Below are positions 1-10,699 of a stretch of DNA of 64,000 bases, piece by piece. The notes under the pieces were generated by a model. The model was not told the DNA's origin, did no database searches, and saw nothing but the letters and a program-made list of their open reading frames with translations. The translations under genes were made by a program, and so were the position numbers. Positions within the stretch are counted from its first letter, which is position 1. Each line of letters begins with the position of its first letter. The DNA comes from Schizochytrium sp. TIO01 (Eukaryota > Protista > Bigyra: Labyrinthulomycetes), in contig SMSO01000032.1 in assembly GCA_004764695.1 (NCBI GenBank), positions 682,001 through 746,000 on the forward strand, given 5' to 3'.

Positions 1-1
1 C

Positions 2-2104
2 TTTACAGAAACTACCGACGGAGCATTTTTGGCATCCGCCTGAGCAATCAACATCGGTCTCATTTCCATCGAGGATGCCGTTGCTACATGAAACAGCAAG
101 GCAGTGACCCTCCTCGGAGTCACAGATGCCGGAGGCACAGTCAGAATCATTGTCACACTGCTTCGCATCTGCACAAGGTGAGCAATCAGGACCGCCGCAG
201 TCGACATCAGTCTCAAAACCGTCGAGGATGCGGTTTGTGCAGTGTGCAGGCAAACACACGCGTCGGTGTTCGCAACAATTCTGTGAATCACAATCGTCGT
301 TTGACTCGCAGGTGGAGCCATCAGGGCAGCGACTACAAGCCGGTCCACCGCAATCCTGATCGGTCTCAAGACCATTTTTGCGACCGTCTACGCAAGAGGC
401 ATCCAGGCAAGTGCCAAGGTTCTGGTCACAAAGACCGCTGAGGCAGTCCGAAGCAAGCGAGCACTCCTTGCCTGCGGCACAGGGCCCGCAAATATTTCCA
501 CAATCAACATCTGTCTCGTTTCCATTGAGAATGCCATCGCGGCAGGTTTGCGGCATACAGAGACCTGACTCTGTGCTACAAAGGCCGCTGAGGCAATCTT
601 GATCAGAGACGCACTCCAGGCCATCGTGGCAGGGTGGGCAAAAGGCACCACCGCAATCAACACCTGTTTCGTTGCCATTGAGAATACCATCGAAGCACGA
701 AGTGAAAGTACAAATGGAGGCCTCCGGGTGGCAACTCACCGGGGCAAACGGTGCATCGAAATCATCAAGCTGAGGCATACTCTCAACACAATCTTCAGGC
801 TGAAGACAATGCGCGCCTAGTGCGCACGGCATGCACTGGGGTCCACCACAATCCACTGCAGTCTCATTCCCGTTTAGAATCCCATCCATGCAAGAACGAG
901 GAACACAAATACCTGTGTCGGCATCGCAGGCACCGCTGAGACAGTCCCTGTTAGAAAGGCAAGACTGGCCATCCTCACAGGGCGGGCAGTCAATACCACC
1001 GCAATCAACGCCAGTTTCGGCGCCATCGCGCACACCGTTGCCACAGGAGGCGTCAACGCAAATTGCGGTTTCAGGATCACAGAGCCCTGACTGACAATCA
1101 TCGTCAGTGTCGCACTCGTAACCTTCCGAGCACGGTGCGCACAAGGGACCTCCGCAATCGACGTCTGTTTCATTTCCAGACTTGCGCCCATCTGTGCATG
1201 ACGCTGGCAAGCAATGGTGGCGGAAGTCTGTCTCGCACCTTTGCGAAAGACAATCCTCGTCCACTTCACATCCACCTCCCTGTGGACACGGCGTACACGT
1301 GTCACCACCACAGTCGACGCCTGTTTCATTAAAATTCATGCGTCCGTCGCGGCATGATCTCGGCAGACAAACCCGGAAGTGCTCACAGCATATCTCTGAC
1401 CTACAATCGTAGTCCGCACGACACATCTCGCCCACACGGTGCCTCGTGTCACGAACTCTCCACATCGCCTCCTCATTTTCTTCCTCATAAGACTCATCGA
1501 AAGCTCCCCTGTTTTCTCCTATTAAGTCTCCATTCGGTGCACCGTCTGTTGCGGTTGAGTTCTGAATGGGATGAGCATTGGTTTCACTTTCTGGGTCGGT
1601 GTGGACACCTGCATTCTCCGAACCCTCATTGTGGTTCTGGTTCGCATCCTGTGCCGGTTCTAGTGCGGTGACAGCCGGGTTTTCTGGATCAGGACGATCC
1701 GATTTTGCGTTTGTGGCTGAAGACTTAATCTCATTTGCAGCCTCATTTGGGTTTGGTCGTGACTCAAGTCCGGCGTCGAGATTTGGATTTGAGTTTGCTA
1801 TGTTTAAATTTGAATTTGGATGCTCTTTGCCGGCGAGCTCGATTTCCTCCTCCCCGCGGTCACTCTGGGCATCTCGCCAGTACTCGGGGGTCTGATCCGT
1901 CTCTACACCACGGCCTACTGTTTCCTCTGCCGCCAGGACCGCCGCGCACAGCAACAGGACCGCCGCCAGCGCCGCCAAGAGCGCCGCACGGGCGCCTATG
2001 CCACCGCGGCGCCGCCGCTCATGCCAGCCTTGGGGTGCTTTGCGTGCCGGTGCTGCCGCTGGTACCGTCACTAGGGACGCCATGCGGTCGCCCTCCGACA
2101 CCAT
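2..2104 (-). CDS. Secreted or cell-surface cysteine-rich repeat protein (CxDGxxNGxETDVDCGG-type repeats); 3' end lies beyond the left edge of the window
   Basis: Manual translation of the minus frame: in-frame TAG at 2144-2146, first ATG at 2104 (alternative ATG at 2083), no stop down to base 2. N-terminus MVSEGDRMASLVTVPAAAPARK...RAALLAALAAVLLLCAAVLAAEE (basic region then hydrophobic signal/anchor), then an acidic/Asn-rich linker and nine ~50-aa 8-Cys repeats such as SCTDGRKSGNETDVDCGGPLCAPCSEGYECDTDDDCQSGLCDPETAIC. Not in the ORF track because it has no stop in the window. Confidence 0.9.
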   Translation of the reverse strand, partial: MVSEGDRMASLVTVPAAAPARKAPQGWHERRRRGGIGARAALLAALAAVLLLCAAVLAAEETVGRGVETDQTPEYWRDAQSDRGEEEIELAGKEHPNSNLNIANSNPNLDAGLESRPNPNEAANEIKSSATNAKSDRPDPENPAVTALEPAQDANQNHNEGSENAGVHTDPESETNAHPIQNSTATDGAPNGDLIGENRGAFDESYEEENEEAMWRVRDTRHRVGEMCRADYDCRSEICCEHFRVCLPRSCRDGRMNFNETGVDCGGDTCTPCPQGGGCEVDEDCLSQRCETDFRHHCLPASCTDGRKSGNETDVDCGGPLCAPCSEGYECDTDDDCQSGLCDPETAICVDASCGNGVRDGAETGVDCGGIDCPPCEDGQSCLSNRDCLSGACDADTGICVPRSCMDGILNGNETAVDCGGPQCMPCALGAHCLQPEDCVESMPQLDDFDAPFAPVSCHPEASICTFTSCFDGILNGNETGVDCGGAFCPPCHDGLECVSDQDCLSGLCSTESGLCMPQTCRDGILNGNETDVDCGNICGPCAAGKECSLASDCLSGLCDQNLGTCLDASCVDGRKNGLETDQDCGGPACSRCPDGSTCESNDDCDSQNCCEHRRVCLPAHCTNRILDGFETDVDCGGPDCSPCADAKQCDNDSDCASGICDSEEGHCLAVSCSNGILDGNETDVDCSGGCQKCSVGSFCK

Positions 2105-2957
2105 CGCACGCGTCCGTGCCGCTGACTGCCGCCACGACACGCTCTACGCAGCTTCTCGCTCGGTTCTGCCTTCGCTCTGCGCGGTGATGGCTCCTCCGCT
2201 ATTTCGCGTGATGGCGCTTTATTCTCTACTTTCCCCTTCCCATAAACCACTTGTGAGTTTCTATAACCTATTTGCGGTCCCTATAATCGACTTGCGCAAC
2301 TGCCATTTTCTCCTACGCCCTTTTCGCCTACATTCGCTCTCCAGAATCGCAATTCTTTATTCTCGCAGCTACTATACACTATTCGCCATTCTCCACTTAT
2401 AGAACTCCTGGAACGGCCTTTTACCAACGCAAGAAGGAAGAACGAAGCGAGAACTTCCAATTTGGGGCAAAAGAAGAAGAGAGAAAATAGTCAGTGGAGC
2501 AGATCTACCAGTAGGAACTATATAGTGCTTGCATGATGGGCTTTAAAAGCTCGACTTGCAACCTACCATAAGCATCGTCAGGTTGGCTATGTGGAGGAGG
2601 CGCAGGTACCTACCTACCTCTCTCGTCTAAAGAGAGAGGTGGCCGGGTAGTTAGTTAGCCAGTGGAAGAAGCACTTGTTTCTCTAGCTACAGTCTGCTCG
2701 TGGCCCTCCCTGGCTAGACGCTTGCTTCGAGTTCTGTGGGTGTCTCCGTCTTGGAGCGAGCTCCTTGGTCGAGTTCGAGCTTCTCCAGCTTCTTTCCTTC
2801 CCAGGGTCTCCAGGTCGGTCGATTGCACTCTCAACTATGAATGAATCAATGAATCAATGAACGAGGTTCCATTTCCCCCCTCTCGCTATTTGTGTTTTTC
2901 TGCGGTGAAAGGCGCTTGGCCGATTGAGAGTGGCGCCCCGCCATCTTGGAGCGACTG

Positions 2958-3017
<60 letters not shown>

Positions 3018-3033
3018 CCTGCCTGCCTGCCTG
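2958..3033. repeat. (GCTT)15 followed by (CCTG)4 compound microsatellite
   Basis: Read directly from sequence; it produces the spurious LACL/SKQA ORFs. Confidence 0.95.
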
Positions 3034-4817
3034 CTGGCCTGGCTGACTCGATCGCTGACCGCCTGTCTACGTCTCGCAGTTTGTTTTCGTCACGGTGGCG
3101 GCAGTGGAGAATCCGAAGTGCCAACTTCCGGCTTCTAGCATCAGTCGAATGAACGAGAGGTGTGCACCGACTGGCCTCCATCTTGCGGGGCTAGCGTCCC
3201 TTACCCCAAACTGTAGGATCTCACCTCGCTTACCAATGAAACGTGGAAATTACCGACTACCTAGGAAGTAGGTATATAGAGTATATATCTATACACTAGG
3301 CCCCTACTTAGTGACTTGAGGAGTTTCCCTTTTTTATGTAGGTAGGTACGTGTATATATATGTAGGTACACGGATACCTGAGAGGAACGGAGAGGTTGTA
3401 CGAGTGATAGATCGATGGCATCGTTGATGGCATAGGCGCTCAAGTAAGAACCTTCGAGGCGAACCATATGCAAGTTGCTTTGGAATGTGATGTGCGGCAT
3501 GGGATCCTCACTTATAATTCTGACAATGATAGCCTGTCGATGCTCGGTGGTTAGTGAGTTCTGCTACAGAAACATTCGGGAGTATGAAACAGGAGAGACC
3601 GTTGAGAGCTTGCAAATAGCCTCCCAGTTCAAATGCAGAAAAGTAGCAGTGGAGCCAGAATGGTCATAGTAGACTGAAGGTTAGCAACCCTCATAGGCTC
3701 GACAAGGTTTAGAAATGCACTACGCAACTTAAGTAATCGATTCTCTCTGTTTTTACAATTTAACCCAACTCATACCTGATGAAAAATTCTCAACTAAAAA
3801 AGATGGAGGGGAGCGAGAGAAAAGAAGAGTACGCCCAGCCAGGCAAGTCTTGGTGCGTATGCAAGTATCATGATGAAAAAATAGAATTAATATACTCAAC
3901 CATTGCGGTCGTTCTCACTTTGTCCGTCCCAGAGCAAAGCGAGGAGTTTCAGAATACATCTCAATGCTGAGCAGAAAAGGAAAATAACTTTACAATTGTT
4001 TGTGATGCAACTTTTGAATATGAATCTGTCTGAATACATCTAGCAAAATCTGACAAAGTATACTATTGATATAACAAGAGCAAATCAAGCAGCCGCGCAT
4101 ACCTTTCATTGTGAAATCCAATTATAGATCGAATATGAATGTACTGCATGAATTCTCCCTACTTCAATAAATGACGTCTTATCATAGTAGGAACAAGAGC
4201 CGTTGTCTACTCGACAGTGAAGGTAACGAAAACAGACTGCATTCTCTCAAAGTGGTTGTGCGGCAACATCTGCTTGCCCTTGAGCAATACGGAACAAGGG
4301 TATCAAAAGAAGAGGCAGGAAAATCATGTTTGCAGGTTATTCATTAGGAAAAGATGAAGTGAGAAAGGCTATCATGTATTTGCAGAAGTTTTGTGTTTTC
4401 TTTTTTTTAAAAAGGGTCCTCCCTCTGGATGTTTTACGACAGAGATTTGAAGCTGTCACCCTTTACTCCAATGATCATAAACAAAAATAGCCAAAACAGA
4501 GGACACTTGTACCTGGGCATTACTATGAAGTGGGTGGTCAGGAAAACCATTTGCAAAGTGGTAGCAAGTAACAAATCCTCACAGAGAATGAGCGGAGCTG
4601 ATGAATAACAATGAGTGATGATTATCAGCAGCTGGGCTGCAGATACACCATAATGTAGCAATTCATCAACCATTCTTCACTGCAGTGAAGTCTCTTTCTC
4701 CTACGTACGCATGCGCACGAATAGCTCTAAAATAAGTAAAAATAGAGCATAGAGGCCTTGCCAACTACAGATCCATTGTGCAGATACAAGGCTGAAAAGC
4801 AAAAGGCCGCCACTTCA

Positions 4818-5543
4818 TTAGTAGATGAAGGCGTTGACATCGCTCTGACGGGGCTTAAGGATACGGTCCTGGTTCTTGGTAAGAAGATCATGTACCATCA
4901 TAAAACCGTTGCGCATGCGGAGAAGCGTCATGCGAACAGACGCACGCTGGAAGGTATCGTTTTGCATGACAGATTCGTGATAGTCATGGATAAGGTTATG
5001 CTTGGTCATTTTGTGAGCAAGCTTGGCACGTTGGCCAAGCTGCTCTGAAGAGGTCTCAATGATAGCAAAACATACGCTCTCTAAACGGCTAAGCTCCGAG
5101 GCACATTCTTCCTGAACAGCAACACCAAAGTTGTTGCCGTCTTCGATGCGAGGAATGTTCAACTGAATCCATGTTTTGATTAGACCAATCAGCTCAGTAC
5201 CCTGGCGCACCATACCGACAGCCTTTTGCAAAAATCTGTTGAAAGTGGCATCCTCCTCAACCATTTCAGGCTCGACCTTTTTAGGGTCCTCCTCTGAGAC
5301 CTTGCTGGCAGCGAGCTCCTCGATGGTTGGAACTTTCGGTAACGCATCCGCAACGTTAGCCTCGAACTCGGTCATGAGGTCATCCAACTCCAAAATGAAT
5401 GCTGGCAGCTTTACATTTAGTGTGTCCTGTGCATCGGCAGCAATCTTTTTCTGTACCTCCGCCAATTTCCTCGAGGCCTCCACAGCAGCTGCAGACTCAG
5501 CCTCGTTGTTCTTCCGGCGTTTACGGCCTCTCGAGTCGCTCAT
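4818..5543 (-). CDS. PSME3: Proteasome activator PA28 / 11S regulator (REG-gamma-like)
   Basis: Contains the family hallmark KTWIQLNIPRIEDGNNFGVAVQEE (activation loop) and a C-terminal ILKPRQSDVNAFIY tail. First ATG at 5543 (MSDSRGRKRRK, NLS-like); the track start at 5606 is non-ATG. Gamma-type assignment is inferred from the basic N-terminus. Confidence 0.93.
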   Translation of the reverse strand: MSDSRGRKRRKNNEAESAAAVEASRKLAEVQKKIAADAQDTLNVKLPAFILELDDLMTEFEANVADALPKVPTIEELAASKVSEEDPKKVEPEMVEEDATFNRFLQKAVGMVRQGTELIGLIKTWIQLNIPRIEDGNNFGVAVQEECASELSRLESVCFAIIETSSEQLGQRAKLAHKMTKHNLIHDYHESVMQNDTFQRASVRMTLLRMRNGFMMVHDLLTKNQDRILKPRQSDVNAFIY

Positions 5544-7211
5544 GATTTCCGTGCTTTCGTACAAAGTCAGACTCCTGGTGTTCCTGCAAACCTCAGGCCT
5601 TTTCAAGACCCGTATTCAGCTTCAAGTATTCGAGTTCCTGAACGGAGCCCGCCGCGAAGTCCGTCGTGAACAGTTTTGCGATCTCTGGCCACAGAGATGA
5701 ATTGCTCATGTATCACGAGAATCAATCCATCGATCACCTGCCACCCACCGCCTATGAATTATAAGGTACCCTCTTAATCTCTCCTCCCTGCAAAGTTAGA
5801 TAGGTGGATAGGTGCTAGGTAGTCGGTAGTTGGTAGTATTATAGCATCTCTCACAATGCAAGCTTAGTTCTTTCTAAGTAAACTTTAAGAAGCTCACTGG
5901 TGGCGTCGCGAAGGAAGGTTGAGAAATCCACTGAGAGCGCGGTTTTCGTGGCGATGTATGCAGATAGCGGGAAGAAGGGAACTCACTCGAGAAGGCAGAT
6001 GTGCCAACCTATGCAGGTTTATTTTCTGCAAAGTATACCTGGTTCCACATCCTTAGGCTAATTTAGTTCTTATGGTGGTTTTTGATGTTGATAAAGAGCA
6101 GTGGGTCTACTACTTTCTTTGAAGCGTGCAAAATATTTTAGGACATCTCAGGTCTTTAATTATTGGTGAAACCCTGTTCGCTAAGGGAATCTCAGACAAT
6201 CAAGAGAAAGTGGGCACATTCGAGGCACGGCTGATCAACGTATACTTTTTTCTAGGATATGCCAGAACGGAAGGTAGCAATCTTGTTTCTAATACATTAC
6301 CCCGCCGTGTCGCACTAAAAAATATATTGCTCATGCGTAATCATAACTTTGTATTGAATAAGAACACCTTCATTGAGGGATGTTACAGCATCAAATGTAG
6401 CCGCATTGGTTAATATTGTTCGGTCATACCTGTTGCGTGCCACAGTGATCGCCATTCAAAGCTTAAATATTGCTGACCTGTAGTGTAAACTATTTAATTG
6501 CGATGCAAGGTTGCATAATAAATTCTCTTTGTAATTATCATAATTCCTGTCCGAGGCTCTATATAGTGCTCTGTTAATGCCTATTGCAGGCCACTAATTG
6601 CTAAAGAAAACTGCTCATTTGTTCAACCAGGACCTAGTTGATATAGAACTACTTGCACACGAAGGCTTTGACACGAACTAACGCCATGTTGTCCACAAAT
6701 GTACTTCCTCCTGTGTGTATGCTATTTACAAGAGAAAATGTTCGCCCAACTACAAACCTGCATCGATCACCTGGGAGAAGAAAATGAATTCCTCCAGATT
6801 CACAATATACCACAACAACATCGTCCCTAGCTCAATTTCCTCGCTTCTCAGCAGCTCCTTTATCCCAAGTCAATTAGGCCTGTATTCCAAATCGATTCCT
6901 AAATTTCCATCTCGCCGCCACTAATCATTCGCATATCAGCTTGCGTCCTAAATTCGTCAGTGTCCAGAATTAGCTTCCCACTATAAAAAATACGCCTTTC
7001 AGCTAGGACTAGTAGTACATATCACTATCGCTACATGATAGCATTCATTTCTTTTGTAGGAATAGTCGGTACTGTTAACTACGAACATACTACCCTTACG
7101 GGTGCTACGAATTTATTTGATAATACGCGAAGTAGAACGAAATCGCAGAGCGCAAGTATAAGGTACTGCGAGCGCCGTCCACGTTGCTAGCGCACAGGAC
7201 CCGCGGCAGCC

Positions 7212-9020
7212 ATGCAGGGCCGCTCTAGCGCCCTGAGTGAGTCCTCTGGTTCGTCTTCGTCGTTGGCTCCGGGCACGCGAAAACGTGGCCGCCATGAGGG
7301 CATTTCTGGTCCAGAAGAGCACAACGAGGGCTATTCACGAGACCAAGGGTATCCTCGAGAACCAAGAGCTAAGCCGAGTGGAGATCGCTGCGGGGTTAAT
7401 AATAAACTCAACAATCGCGATGGTAATTTTGGTGTCGACACTCTTCATCAAGGCGAGGAAAGTCTCAACAACATCCCCACGTCTCAAAAGTTCTCAAGTT
7501 GGCACCACAATAAATCTAGTATAGGTTTAAATGCACCTACTGCGTATGATTCTGCAGAGTTTGGAAATGCGCAAGCTGCTGGGAATTTAGGTTTGGAAAG
7601 TGAAATGTATCCTTTTGCGATGAGTGCTGGAGCTGGTGAAGGTCGCTATCCTGAACAAGGTCACCAGAAGCTTCAAGCAGATGTATGGCCGGCGGAAAGA
7701 TCTGCGGATGAGCATGCGTCAAGCTACGTCAGCAGCGGGAATAGCTCAACTGTAGTGGGAACTCATGAGGAAGAAGACGAGGCAGATGATATTGGTCGCG
7801 AAGTAGGAGAGCTAAGGGTTCGAAATGAACAGCTGCTTCGAGAGAGGGAGGCTTTTCTCGAGCGAATTCGAAATCTAGAGGCAGCAATGAGAAAAGGCCT
7901 TGAAAGCGATGCTTCTTTACAAGCCGACCTTCAGGAGAATAACAATTTGCGTGAGCAAGTGGGCGCACATCGTGAATTTATGCAACGTTTCATGAAAATG
8001 CTTAATCAGCCACCTTCGGAAAATAGTGCACGTCGCAAGATCTACGAAGAGGGAGCAGAAAGTGCAACCAATATTTTGTTAAGCATGCTCGCAGAAAGTC
8101 AACAGCAAGGTTGGACACCAACGAAGATGGCTAAAGGATTTCGCCCCGTTGATCCTAGTTTTGAGCTACGATATACTGAGTCTGCACAACTGTTTGGGTC
8201 AGAAGTGGGAGGAAAACGCTTTCAGCTTCGTGTTGATTACAGTTTTGATGGTCTTAGTATTGAAGAGGTTATTGATCATGTCAGGATTGTGCTATGCACA
8301 CAGCATGGAAAAGATTGGTACACAAAAATCGGCTCTGATAGTCGCAAACGGGTGCAGATTCGTGAGTTGCCCAATGAAAGCAGCACTGAAAATGTTCAAC
8401 TTTATCACCATTTAAAGCGCTACGCTCCTCCTGAGAAAGATCGAGATGTTGTGTTCCTCTATCACGTGCGCAAATCTACTATGACGCGATCGACTTTGGC
8501 GCCTCCAATGCATGAGGTGAAGAAACGTGATGAAGAGCATCCTGGAGAATTTGTGTTCGAACGGCCGGCTCTTTGCCAGCCCCGAAAACGTGGTAGACCG
8601 TTAGGTTCAAAGGCCAGCAAAAACAGGTCATGGACTTTTGGTGAGACCGACGTGCATTTGGTGGTGCGTATGTCTACTTCGCTCCTTGCAGGTGCGTCGC
8701 GTTCTGAGGATGCCAAACGTATCACTTCGCCTGTCATTCACGGTGCGCTAGTTTTTAGTGATGAAACAGTCACAGAGGATGGCGAAACCAGTAACGATGG
8801 ATCTACACGTACAAGAATGGTTTTCCTTGGCTCTGTTCCTCAAGAATTCCTTGAAGAGGAGGAATTTGGTTCACGTGAGTCCATGGTAGGCCCCGACGAA
8901 GTACTCACCAAGCCGTTTTCAGCTTATCTATCTGATTTTTTACTAAGTGCCATGGCTGGAAAGCCGGGTGATCCACCTCCTCGTCCGAATGTATCAAAAA
9001 GGAAGGCTTCGCGAAAGTAA
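7212..9020 (+). CDS. Putative regulatory protein: leucine zipper/coiled coil + START/SRPBCC-like domain + AT-hook (602 aa)
   Basis: ATG-initiated 602-aa ORF. Heptad zipper VGELRVRNEQLLREREAFLERIRNLE (~7803-7880); START-like segment YHHLKRYAPPEKDRDVVFLYHVRK...VHLVVRMSTS...RITSPVIHGALVF...TRMVFLGSV; AT-hook-like PRKRGRPLGSK (~8580-8612). The CDS is well supported; the domain calls are by eye. Confidence 0.8.
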   Translation: MQGRSSALSESSGSSSSLAPGTRKRGRHEGISGPEEHNEGYSRDQGYPREPRAKPSGDRCGVNNKLNNRDGNFGVDTLHQGEESLNNIPTSQKFSSWHHNKSSIGLNAPTAYDSAEFGNAQAAGNLGLESEMYPFAMSAGAGEGRYPEQGHQKLQADVWPAERSADEHASSYVSSGNSSTVVGTHEEEDEADDIGREVGELRVRNEQLLREREAFLERIRNLEAAMRKGLESDASLQADLQENNNLREQVGAHREFMQRFMKMLNQPPSENSARRKIYEEGAESATNILLSMLAESQQQGWTPTKMAKGFRPVDPSFELRYTESAQLFGSEVGGKRFQLRVDYSFDGLSIEEVIDHVRIVLCTQHGKDWYTKIGSDSRKRVQIRELPNESSTENVQLYHHLKRYAPPEKDRDVVFLYHVRKSTMTRSTLAPPMHEVKKRDEEHPGEFVFERPALCQPRKRGRPLGSKASKNRSWTFGETDVHLVVRMSTSLLAGASRSEDAKRITSPVIHGALVFSDETVTEDGETSNDGSTRTRMVFLGSVPQEFLEEEEFGSRESMVGPDEVLTKPFSAYLSDFLLSAMAGKPGDPPPRPNVSKRKASRK

Positions 9021-10699
9021 CAGTATATTGGCCTAACATTCGATCTGGCTGTCCTGTTGTACAACTTAATTTCTAACTCTTTCCGTTCTTGCGATTTCAC
9101 TGGAAGGGGGTGGTGCTTGCTCTATTGTAGCACTTTGAAGTATACTCTGCGTTGCTGTCCACATGCATATGTAAAATCACCTTTTTTAAATAGCCGCTGC
9201 TGCTGCAGCAGCAGCACCAGTAGGCTGGCTCAATTTTATTACTCTGCATTGAATGGATTGTACATGTATGAATTAGTATGAGGTAAATTGTAATGGACAT
9301 TAAAAAGTTAAATGAGTCAGCATATTATTATTGTCTCTAATCGTAGATAGAAAAAACAAACTTTCCCAGATGGCAGCCATTATAGTTTGCTTATCAGGAA
9401 GTAATTTCATAGTACTCTGGACTTTGTATATCTTACGACCTCCAGGTCATTCGGGATCATGGAACAATCTTTGCTATTGATGATGGGGTTGTAGCAGACA
9501 CCGAATATGTTGACTGTTACAAATCTGCCTTTTGTCCCAGGTACCTGTGGAGGACTGCTTTCGGTTCTCGATGAAAAGTTTTACAGTAGATTCCACCCAT
9601 CACTCTTAAAGGCGAGGCCTTAGTATTTCAACGTTTCCCTAGCTATGGCTTTGATATATTAACTTCGCCAGTACCGCTGTGATGCAGGTGCAACAAAGCT
9701 TGTGAATGGAGCAAAGGTAGAATTTATCGTTGTTCATAAATGTACAGAGAATGCTAGATAAATAGCCTGTTGAACCATTCAATGAAAATTGTCCAATTGA
9801 ACTGAACTTCCTAGCTAGAGATCAAACAAAATCCAAGTTCTTTCCATCTGTCTGAGCTAGGGATGCAAATGAACTTTAGTACATTCAAGTGGCAATATGT
9901 AAGAACCATTCAGATTTTGCGAGTAACCCACATTGTTTGCAACAACATGAAATTCTTTCTTGGGCGCTGAGAATCAAACCAAATCAATCCCACTTTCAAT
10001 TACTAACATAGGCTATATATGCTCCATAAGCATCCTTCAAAAGAATATGTTATGTTAGGCACCCAGTAGTCCTGATTTTGATCTGTGAAACGTGTATGAC
10101 AGAAAATACCATGTTATAGGATGCTAAATCTGGCTAGTAGTAATCTTGTAAAAACACTTCACGCCTTGAAACGTCTTCACCTTCATCTATTGACTATCGC
10201 TGCTCTTCTTATTCCCCGCACTGGCCCCGAATCCCTTTTCTTGTAAAAAATTTTAATACTTAATGTATATATTTTGCTACTATCAGACACAGTGATCGCA
10301 TCTCTGCACACCTTCTTAGGTGATCTCTGACTGCGAGCTGTGCACGTGCTTTCTCGTGTTAGACACAAGGACTGCAAATCAGCTTGCTGGTCTAGACAAG
10401 GTGCCCGAGGCTTGGCGCTGCTTATCAAGCGCTGGAGCACCCACCGAAGCTGCCACTAACATTTACGTTGCTCTTGCGAGCGCGAGGCAGTCCTTTTCAA
10501 GTTTCGGCAGCAGCTAGTGTTGCCGGATTAGACTGTCGCAACGACATCCAAACTGGCAAGAACGAAAGTAGGAAAAGAGGCAATATTTGTGTAAATACTT
10601 TCGTTTCAAAGTATTTGCACAAAGTATACTTTCTAGGCTCACGCACTATAGCTTGCAAGCAAACCTCGAAATTGACAAAGCTTTCATCATCTTAGAGCT

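Noticed and set aside
88-2402. Many short ORFs on both strands (PPQST-containing and others)
   Set aside because: Antisense or off-frame shadows of the Cys-rich repeat gene.
2846-3181. 111-aa minus ORF with CAAGATGG start context and SKQA repeats
   Set aside because: Stays open because of the (GCTT)n microsatellite; no recognisable protein features.
3870-3970. ATGATGA...CTGA spacing resembling a C/D box snoRNA
   Set aside because: No terminal stem and no rRNA-complementary guide that I can recognise; such short boxes arise by chance.
5544-5606. 21-aa N-terminal extension of PA28 in the ORF track
   Set aside because: Non-ATG start; the first ATG is at 5543.
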